64,000 nt of DNA, from assembly GCF_000181795.1 (NCBI RefSeq), contig NW_003526948.1, positions 1,315,444-1,379,443 on the forward strand. The letters are read 5' to 3'. The notes below the pieces were generated by a model. The model did no database searches. It was not told where the DNA came from and saw only the letters and a program-made list of their open reading frames with translations. The stretch's first letter is position 1. Each line of letters begins with the position of its first letter. A program made the translations under genes and the position numbers. Of this stretch, positions 52,201 through 64,000 are shown piece after piece. The stretch comes from Trichinella spiralis. Taxonomy: Eukaryota.

Positions 52201-55200
52201 TTTAAATCGATTGAAATTGTTGCTATTTAGCAGTACTTTGGACTTGCATTGAAAGTGAATTTTAAGCTACAGTAATTTGTCATCTATAAATGATGCGAAA
52301 ATTTAAATTTGCAACTGCACCTTTTTATCATCAACTAGCTGATAAGTATCGTGCTTTTGATGGAGCAAAAATCGTAGGCATTCTATATGGTTGCTGGACG
52401 CAGCTAAGCACATTGGAATTTTTCCATCCGTGCTTTTGCTGCTTGAATTTGCACCGCTTTCTATTAGAAATTTGACTACATTCAAATGACCAGCGTTGGT
52501 TGAAAAATGCATCGGCGTCCATCCATTCTATAATGCACAAATTTAAGTTTTCATTTTTAAGTTCTATTTCATTTTACAATGTCGGCTGCGTTGACATCAG
52601 AGCCTTGTGATACGAGCAAAGAAACAATGTCATAATGACCCTGACTTGAGGCGACGTGCAACGCCGTTCTACCCCTACTGTCTTTCATGTGAACTTGAGA
52701 TGTTGATCTACTTAGCAATTGTCCAACAACTGCTAAATGTCCCGTTTCTGCAGCCAAATGCAATGGAATAATGTTCTTTAAAAAACGTATGAAGCAATGC
52801 AATTGACACATTCATATCTTACCATGTTTACACTGCAGGAATCAACTTGAACACCTGGAATATTCAACAGCATTCTGACAAGGCCTTCATCGCCAGACAT
52901 AGCCGCCATATGAAGTGGTGTCAAGCAGTACTTTAATATAAGCAAAATATAACATTCTCGTGTCACATATCAATCATGCATACCTCGTTTCCCAATCCTG
53001 AAACAATAAATGGATTTCCTTTTGAAGGTACTGCAGATTTACAAATAGCTGACACATGAGCAATCATTGCTTGAGTGAATTCTCGTTGACCGTGATAAGC
53101 AGCAACATGTAAAGCATTCAGTCCAGTCTAAACATTAGTGCTAGTGAAGGACAAGGAATAAAATATTGGTCAAATGACAACTTTTGTACTGCAACGGCTC
53201 CACAAATCAACGTCCAGTACTTCTAAAATTGACGTCCATCCATTTTTTGCAGCCATGTGCAATGCCATCATGCCATCCTAAAAGAATGAATTTAATTTTT
53301 TAATAATTTTTCACTGAAATCACAAGTTCAACTATTGGTATAGATAAGCATTTCAGACTTTTATTGGTTAAGAAAAGCATGCGATAATTTATGGTAACGT
53401 TACGTGAGTTTCTTCTAGTGGAGAAGAACCACCTGCAAGTAGGGCTTGAACAACTGCTTTATGTCCTCCTGCGGCAGCCATATGCAATGCAGTAGAGCCA
53501 GTATCCTAAGCTAATAAGACACATAATAATCATTTAAACAGGTATTTTTACAATTACTTTTGTCTTTGCCAAAATAACTGTGTTTTTATCAATAATCATC
53601 AGTTTGTTTATCACAGCTAAACTGCCTTTCATAGCAGCTATATGGGCACAAGTCAGTCCGTTCACGTCCTAAATGAAAGTACAATTTGAAACGTTTCACG
53701 CAAACAAATTCCTCAGGATATACTGTGGCGCTCAATGCACTTGGATCCGCTTTGCCTTTTAAGAATATTTGTACTATTTCTGGATGATCATTTTCTGCTG
53801 CAAGATGCAGCGGAGTTCGCCCTCGAATATCTCGGGCTGTAGCATCTGCACCCATTTTTAACAAAAATGCGCAAATTGTCATCTGACCTGCTTGAGCAGC
53901 AACATGGAGTGGGGTTTGATTTTCCTACATTTATAATACAAATGCAAAGTTTCCATGCAAGTTTAAAATATTTTTGACTGAAGGTATGAAATGTTAGAAT
54001 TAATGCAAGCAGTTTACAAACATGCCGTTAGAATTTGAACATACCATAGAAATAGCATCCACTGGGGCCTTATGTTTTTGCAATAGCAGTTCCACGAGCT
54101 TTTGATGACCATGCATTGCTGCAAAGTGCAATGGTGTAAATCCATTTTTCGTTTTACTGCTTATAAATGCTCTGCTGCGCACTAACAAATCACACAGTTC
54201 TACATGTCCACTTTCAGCAGCCATGTGCAAAGACGTTTTGCCAAACTAAAATTATTTTTCAACCAAAAAGATTCCTTTATAAAAATTTCAAAATTACTTC
54301 GTCGAAAACATCAATTCTTGCATTATGTTGTAGGAGGAGTTCTACAATTTTTACGTGTCCATTGCTACAAGCTTCCAGTAGAGGTGATCTTCCATTCTAA
54401 ACTTAAGAAATTCAATCAAAAATGCAATTCAATCACTCACCAAAAAGCAACCTTATTTTGTTTATTCAAAGCAATTTGCATTCCACCAAGCCCCACTTTA
54501 TGAACAATACAGGCAAAGATGTCGTGACTTCCGGATTTTGCAAGGCAATGCAGCACATTTTCTGAACTCTAAGAAATCAAAGTGTTATAAGGAATTTATC
54601 ACACAGTTCTTACTGTATTCGTCACGACGGATATATCTGCACCGTGCTCTAATAAAAGGTTTGAAACTTCCACATCATCACCAGCATGTTTCCAGGAAGA
54701 TGGTGGTATTTCTGCCGCGCAGTGTAAAGCTGTTTCTCCTGACTAGATGGAATGTTGTTTTACAGAATATAGACAAAATTACAGAGGCAAGAGGAATAAT
54801 TAATAAAGCAATTGTACATAATTAAGATAAATGTTACTTTTGTTTGCATTTGTGTAAGTTTCTCAGCTTCTTCGAAGCCTTTCTTGTTTGTTATAAATTC
54901 TAAAAGCATTTTCGCTACTATGATGTTACAATTCTGAATAGAAACGTGAAGCGCCGTTTCGCCATTCTAAAAAAAGAAATAAAACAAATCTCTCTAAACA
55001 TTAATTGACAAATAAATTTCAAGCCTGATTACTGAATCTACCTGGGAAGCAATCATAGGATCACAATCTTCATTCAACAAAATCTGAGCCATTTTTGCAT
55101 TTCCAACTCTGGCGGCTAAATGTAAAGCTGTCTCACCATTCTGAAATGGCAGCTCATTCATTGAAAGTGTAGTTAACAATTTTCACATACCTCTAAGAGT

Positions 55201-57844
55201 GCATTGACATCTGCTCCACTTTTAATTAACATATCCGCACAAACCTCTGCTTCAGCACCACTGAGACTAGCGGCACAGTGTAGAGGCGTTTTGTTCAATT
55301 TTCCACCTCTAGCATGCGCGTCTGCGCCATACCCAAGTAAATATTCCACTACATCAGGCATACCAGCTTGTACAGCAACGTGCAAAGCGGTGTAACCATT
55401 CTAAAAATGGCAAGCAGCATACAATTGTGGATACTGTTCAATTGTAAAATACTTTAGTTTTGAAATCAATCGGCGCTCCTTTGTTAAGCAATGCCCGAAC
55501 GACACCAACATGACCGAGCCTAGCGGCACAGTGAAGAGCCAAAGCTCCGTTCTACAAATACGAGACGTGCTCGATTGATATTGTGATAATATATTCTTTA
55601 TTAATTAATGGAATTGATGATAATAATATTATTTCGTGCAACCAAGCAAACATAAGAAAGTATACACGATTCGGCATATGAAGCGGAACACCACGTTTAA
55701 GCAAAGCCAGTGCTGTTTCATCATGACCAAAGCTGGCTGCAATGTGCATAAGAGTGCTTCCATCCTGTAATACACTAAGATTGAAAAGCAAATAAATGGA
55801 ATCAACCAAAGTATACTTTAGTTCGAGCTAAAACGGATGCTTTAAACTTGTCTGCTAAAACCTCCAAGGTAGCTGTGTGGCCCATTTCAGCAGCAATATG
55901 TACAGGGGTTTTATGATACTGAAATAGGCACAAATAGCTATGAAAATTACAATTGTGGATGTATTATTAGTATCACTTTGTCGCCAATATTTGGATCAGG
56001 CTTCATTTTGTACAAAATTCTCAACAAAGGTTCATCACCATTTTTAGCTACAATATGTAGAGCTGTTTTGTCTTCAAACTTAAAATACAATGGATTATAT
56101 TTATTTTTAAATGCTTTCATTGAATGCTTCAGTTACATTTTTGGCGTTGACAAACGGGCTTTGATCAGCTATAAAGCGAAGCAATTCCGCGTCACGCCTG
56201 CGACAAGCAATGTGCAGCGCAGTATCACCGTTGTCCTATTGTGGATAAATTTAATCAATGATCACGCGACGATGTAATTACCTTTCTAATAGCTTCCATT
56301 TGACGCTGCTTGCTTTGACTTAATAGCTCTTTACAAGCCGGTACATTTCCTGCTTCACAAGCAGCAAGAAATGGAATGCAGCCTTCCTTAAAACAAATGC
56401 CTAGCTTAATATCACATTCAAATAAATGTAAAAGACGCGTGTAAAACCTTGTCTTCTATGAATCTCGGATCTAAACCTGTAGTATGCTGCATATAATCAA
56501 GAAGTAGCTTTATCAAGGGCACTGATAGAAGTGGAGCACGATTGAGCGCCAAATGCAATGGCAATTGTCCAGTCTATCAATTGAACAAAAGATTATTATT
56601 ATTATTATTATTATTATGAAATTATCTCACGTAAAAATTATAAATTAAATATAAATTATAACTGTAGGATATAATAATTTTACAAAACAACAACTAACTG
56701 AATTTTCAACATCAACTTTGACATGGTAGCGACACAAAATTTGCATCATTTCCTCAGAAGCGTACATAGCAGCAATATGAGCAGCGTAGTTGCCATCCTT
56801 TGAAAATTGTGCTTGAAAATGGGGTTCAGGAAGAAAAAAAATAATAAATGGTATTGTTTTACTTTGGTTTTCACGTTTATATCGGCTCCGTGTTGCAAAA
56901 GATGTTGCACAATTGCAATCTGATCTTCTCGAATAGCCGTTAACAGCACAGGCCAGCCATCCTAGACAATCACTTTCATGAACAAAAACAACAGATTTAT
57001 TTTTCATTCTTACTTTATCCACAATATTTGTATTCAACGAAGGTATTTCTGATTTGGAAAGTAATTTGTCCGCTTTTCCCCAATCTTTCTCCACCAGGCA
57101 AGCTATAATTGTACTCTGATCTAGAACAGCTTGTTTTGCAGCATCGTCAATTTTTGCAAGCTCATTTTTAGGATTTTCATTCCACGAATCAACTTGATCC
57201 TTCTTGTTGCTTGAATACCTCGCATCATTGTCGTCCAATGATAGGGTGCTTCTCTGTACAGTCAAAAGATGCTTCTCCCTTGTCGGTGTCTCTAAATCTG
57301 CCCGCAGTCTGTGAAATGGTAATTCAATTTTTTGTCTGGTTGCTGCTTCTTCAGGCGTTTGTAGAAATTCAGTTTTCTCTTTTTCACTCGCCACTTGCTC
57401 GTCCTGTTTTAAAATATCACCCTCCAGTTTATTCGGCAATTTATCATTGTTGACTTGCTGGTCTTCTTGTATAATTTTATTTTCCAGAAGCGGATGTTTG
57501 TCTGATTTGATTTCTTTCATCAAATCGACATGGGTCTCGTTTCGGATGGTTTTCGCATTCGCTTGAACCATTTTGCTTTCACAACCTTGAAAAGATCCAT
57601 CAATGAGACGTCGCGATTGTCTGCTTGATCGCACGTTGCTCCTTTCAGTAGTCGGTTTGGGTTGAGCTAATTGGGTTTGCTTTTTCACTGCTGGTGCCAT
57701 TTTTGGACGATCTTCAGCAACACTGACCGACCCGCTGCTGTCCGACCAGTCACCGCTGAGGGCTTGCGTTCGACCAGTTGAATTAGCAGCAGAAGTTGGT
57801 GTTGGAATTGAGCCTTTCTGTTTCTCATCCCTTGCCGAATACAT
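49296..57844 (-). CDS. trp-4: NOMPC/TRPN (TRP-4) mechanosensitive TRP channel with 29 ankyrin repeats (~1840 aa; true start may lie further upstream)
   Basis: Exon 57844-57014, then 24 ankyrin exons (56961-56863, 56797-56699, 56573-56448, 56386-56282, 56235-56137, 56078-55977, 55918-55817, 55764-55666, 55551-55453, 55400-55191, 55140-55042, 54966-54838, 54742-54614, 54568-54452, 54396-54298, 54245-54045, 53924-53724, 53668-53558, 53505-53404, 53277-53182, 53127-52984, 52930-52823, 52775-52578, 52527-52321). TM exon 52071-50700 carries [11 protein letters not shown] and [28 protein letters not shown]. Tail exons are 49700-49596 and 49432-49296 ([10 protein letters not shown]). Confidence 0.93.
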
Positions 57845-58706
57845 TCTGATCAAAGGCAAAGTTTTCTCTTCTTTTTCTTCTTCTTCTTTCAATTCGAAAC
57901 CAAAATTATCTTAAATTTAACCTAATCAAATCCTATTATACAAATAATAAAATCTGAAATTAGTTCAATTGAAGCACTTTATTCTTGTTAAACAAATTTT
58001 TAAATTGTAACAATTGAAGGAAAATTCACTTATTCATCGTACAATTCATATTAGAACCTGCATTTCAATTTTGTTTTGTATTACATTTCCATGGATAAAC
58101 ATTTCTGCATTAAGGAGTGTTTAAAAATGTTTTCGCCATTAGAAAAGATAAAATTTCATGCAGTTTTATGAAAAAAATTTAATATGTATGCCTAGTTTTG
58201 AAAAAAAATCACTTACTTAAATTGGACGTAAATTTTGGGCTTTTCAAAAGACAAATTTAGTATGTAGAGCTTGAGGAAGTTTAGACTGGAGCATGGGAAA
58301 ATGTAAAACTGACACCCAAAGGTGAAATGCCAATATTCTACAACCGAAGCCCATCAGGCCGCTATTGTTTCGTTGCCAAGTGATAGAAATTAAATGGGTA
58401 CTTAACGCCGCTTGATACCATTTGATTAGCCATTTTGAAAGAGCGGTCGATTAGGTGATCGCACCAAGAATTGCGTGAAAATTTTTATTTTCAAATTCAA
58501 ATTTCTATTCCCATTATTAAAATATTATTGTTTAAAAAAATCATTTCTTAACACTAACAATAAATTATAATGAAACGAAATTTATTCTTCACTTTCTTCA
58601 CAGAACACCAAAGTTCCAATACAGAAAATTAAGTACAACTAATATCAATCACAATCATTTTATTTGTCATTTTTCCTGTTCAATGAAAATTATCTCTCAA
58701 GTAGCT

Positions 58707-59313
58707 TCAAAGACGCTGAAAATATTCTCGATAAACATCATCGTTATCCGGATCTAAAAAATAAATGTTTTCCTTTTTTTAAGTTGAAAATTAACATGGT
58801 ACGAAAGAAGCATGAATACGTCTTAAATAATCTGCCATTTCAATTCTGTCTTCTATTCCGAGAACAGTTTTCACCGCATGAGTAGAAGGAAAATAAACTG
58901 CTGGAAAGTCATTAATTCTCGACGTTGCTCGCAATTCAGCCATAATTTCCATCGCCAACGCACGACTTAATAGTGGTTCTAAGGCGGCTTGTTCTTCTCT
59001 GATAGCCATTCGTTGGCGCTAAATGTTGCACATTATTTCAAATATAATTCAAATCTAGCACGTGTTTTTTTCAGTTTTTCAATATTAAACAAACAGAAGA
59101 ATCGATTATCAATATAAATAAAGTGTTTTAAAGCAACAATACCTTCTCCAAATCTAACTGTATTGGATGCTGAATAATTTTTTCATTAGGTCTCGGTATT
59201 GCGGAAGAACTAAAATTTATGATGAAGAGATATCAAAAGAAGAAAAAGCTAAAATACTTTGGATTCAAAGAAACAAGGTTAGTCAAATGTTTTTTCTCTG
59301 CTAAACCGTCCAT
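58707..59313 (-). CDS. Proteasome maturation protein POMP/Ump1 homologue (divergent, ~122 aa)
   Basis: Exons 59313-59258, 59209-59143, 59018-58820, 58753-58707 total 369 nt, phase-consistent. QHPIQLDLEK..ALAMEIMAELRATSRINDFP..STHAVKTVLGIEDRIEMADYLRHP aligns by eye with Ump1/POMP (HPLE..APLKLQMEFKAVQQVQRLP..SSNLSLDVLRGNDETIGFEDILNDP). Confidence 0.7.
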
Positions 59314-61022
59314 AGCGTTTCTAAAACACAAAGTAAGCTGTTATACACACATATTTATATATAGATAGATTATTTATATATTATCTGAAATAGTTTCGCC
59401 GGAGTGATCAAATTTAAATCACTAGAACTGCTTTTACATAGAAATTATAGATAAATGAACAAAATGAAAAGCCTATTAATAATAATAGGTAAATTTTAAT
59501 ACAGTACCACTTAATGCACAGCAAGTATAAATCTTCAATGGTGTAAATTCAAAATATTGCTTTACAGGATGTAAATAGGAAATTAAATGAATAAAAAAAT
59601 ATAATTATAATTGTATAAATTTGTTATTATTTAAAAATTCTTTTGTTTGTGCAGTAAAAATATTGTTTTAGAAACTAACCGTCGTTGCATCTTATTTCTG
59701 CACTATCATAAATTGAAATGAGAAGTGTCTTTTATTTTTAATCTAAATAAACGGCGTTCATTGTTTGTTTTTAACTTTTTCTTATCATGAATGTATTTGA
59801 AATTTTTTACGACGATGCATATTTTCATATTGAACGTATACTTGTAGCAGTTTCGTAATAAATATTCAAGTGAAAGTTTTTAAATAAAAATGATTTTTTT
59901 TCAAAATTCCTCTCAAATGTTCCTTTTATTGAGAAATGTAAAATTATTTCCCATTTTATTTTAGATCCTTGCTTTGTCTTTTTCTTACTGTAGTTTCCTC
60001 TTTGCAATGTATAGCCAGTCAAGTAAGGCAGTTGAATTTATTTTTTGAAGTTCATTTATGCAAATTTGGTTTTTGCACTTTCTCGTTTTAATTCCAAATA
60101 ATTTTTTCAGTAATAGGATTCAGTTTTCAGTATAATTTTGAAAGTTTTATTTTTCGATTATGCTTTGACATGATGGAAAGTGTTATTTTTAATGTTTCTT
60201 TTCTTTTATTTTGTCATACATTTATTTTCTTGAGTTTGGTTTGGCGACGCATGATTGGGATTTTTTATTTAATTTAAATTTTTTGTTGCCTAATATGTAT
60301 TGTACTGTACTTTTTCAAGGTGCAGTTTGCAGTTTTACAGTTTGCCCAGATTTTCATTTTAAACTGCAACTCATTCCGCAGCAGTGTTAGGTTTGCATTC
60401 TGCAATGAATGACATTTTGATGATGTTTTTTTCTTTTTTGATTATTTTTGTAAATATGCATTTTTAAAAATATATTCCTATTTGAGACCTTAAATATTAT
60501 GCTAATTGGTTTAATTTATTTTGCAACACTTATCGACGTTGTTGAAGTTCATTGGAGTTTGTTTGCCGCGTTAATGTTATTTACTTGTGCTGTGGTTGTT
60601 GTCATATTTACACTGACCGCTGGTTCGTTACAGTGTTCGAACAGTGCATTGCTGAACGTTTGCTTCCACTTGCCGCGTTCGGGCATTGTCTAGTTTATTT
60701 ATTGCCAACTGACACAGGTCAAATTCAACGTCCGCTTTATTCATTTTTACTTTCAGTATCGAACAAACGAAGTGCCTGAGTTTCGAAGCCGTCACAGTGC
60801 CATTCGACTGTAATGCCTCCTTGGCTTTTGAATGCTTTTTGAAGAGAGAAAAATTTCGCCCACCAACTGCCTCAGTCTCATCTCACAGTGATCTGTGAGC
60901 AGTTGTCTATTTTGTGTGTGTATGTGTGTGTGTGTGTATTTTTTCTTTCCTTTTTTTAAATGCATCATGCCGACGGCGTTATTTATTGTTGCTTGCGACT
61001 GTTCTGATTGTTTCAATTGGTC

Positions 61023-64000
<2,978 letters not shown>

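Noticed and set aside
52303..57892. Independent ankyrin proteins, or a separate 415-aa secreted/orphan protein
   Set aside because: All pieces splice in frame into a single NOMPC transcript.
60210..60217. SKN-1-like TTTGTCAT site upstream of the proteasome chaperone POMP
   Set aside because: A single degenerate AT-rich match, expected by chance.

Overview
This is AT-rich eukaryotic genomic DNA with many short GT-AG introns. It is clearly from a nematode (unc-95, avr-14-like and trp-4-like genes); a clade I, Trichinella-like species is inferred from composition and intron style but not proven. I hand-spliced eight genes with phase-consistent junctions. On the + strand: (1) the 3' end of a STAR/KH RNA-binding gene (Quaking/HOW/ASD-2/GLD-1 family) with alternative C-termini; (2) a BSD-domain SYAP1/Sap47 gene; (3) the muscle LIM gene unc-95; (4) after a ~17 kb gene-poor stretch, an RZ-family cysteine-string RGS gene (rgs-1/2-like); (5) an avr-14-type glutamate-gated chloride channel with two mutually exclusive transmembrane cassettes. 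On the - strand: (6) a complete 29-ankyrin NOMPC/TRP-4 mechanotransduction channel; (7) a divergent POMP/Ump1 proteasome maturation factor. Back on +: (8) the 5' half of a Src42A/src-2/FRK kinase. The most notable signals are these. GluCl cassette A naturally carries Glu at the M3 glycine that governs ivermectin sensitivity, plus Pro-to-Ala in the PAR motif, while cassette B is canonical. The STAR gene has a Quaking-like nuclear/cytoplasmic isoform switch surrounded by its own binding motifs. The NOMPC gating spring is built from 24 consecutive symmetric phase-0 exons. No rRNA, tRNA, CRISPR array or intact transposon was recognised. Family assignments rest on recalled motifs, not database searches.
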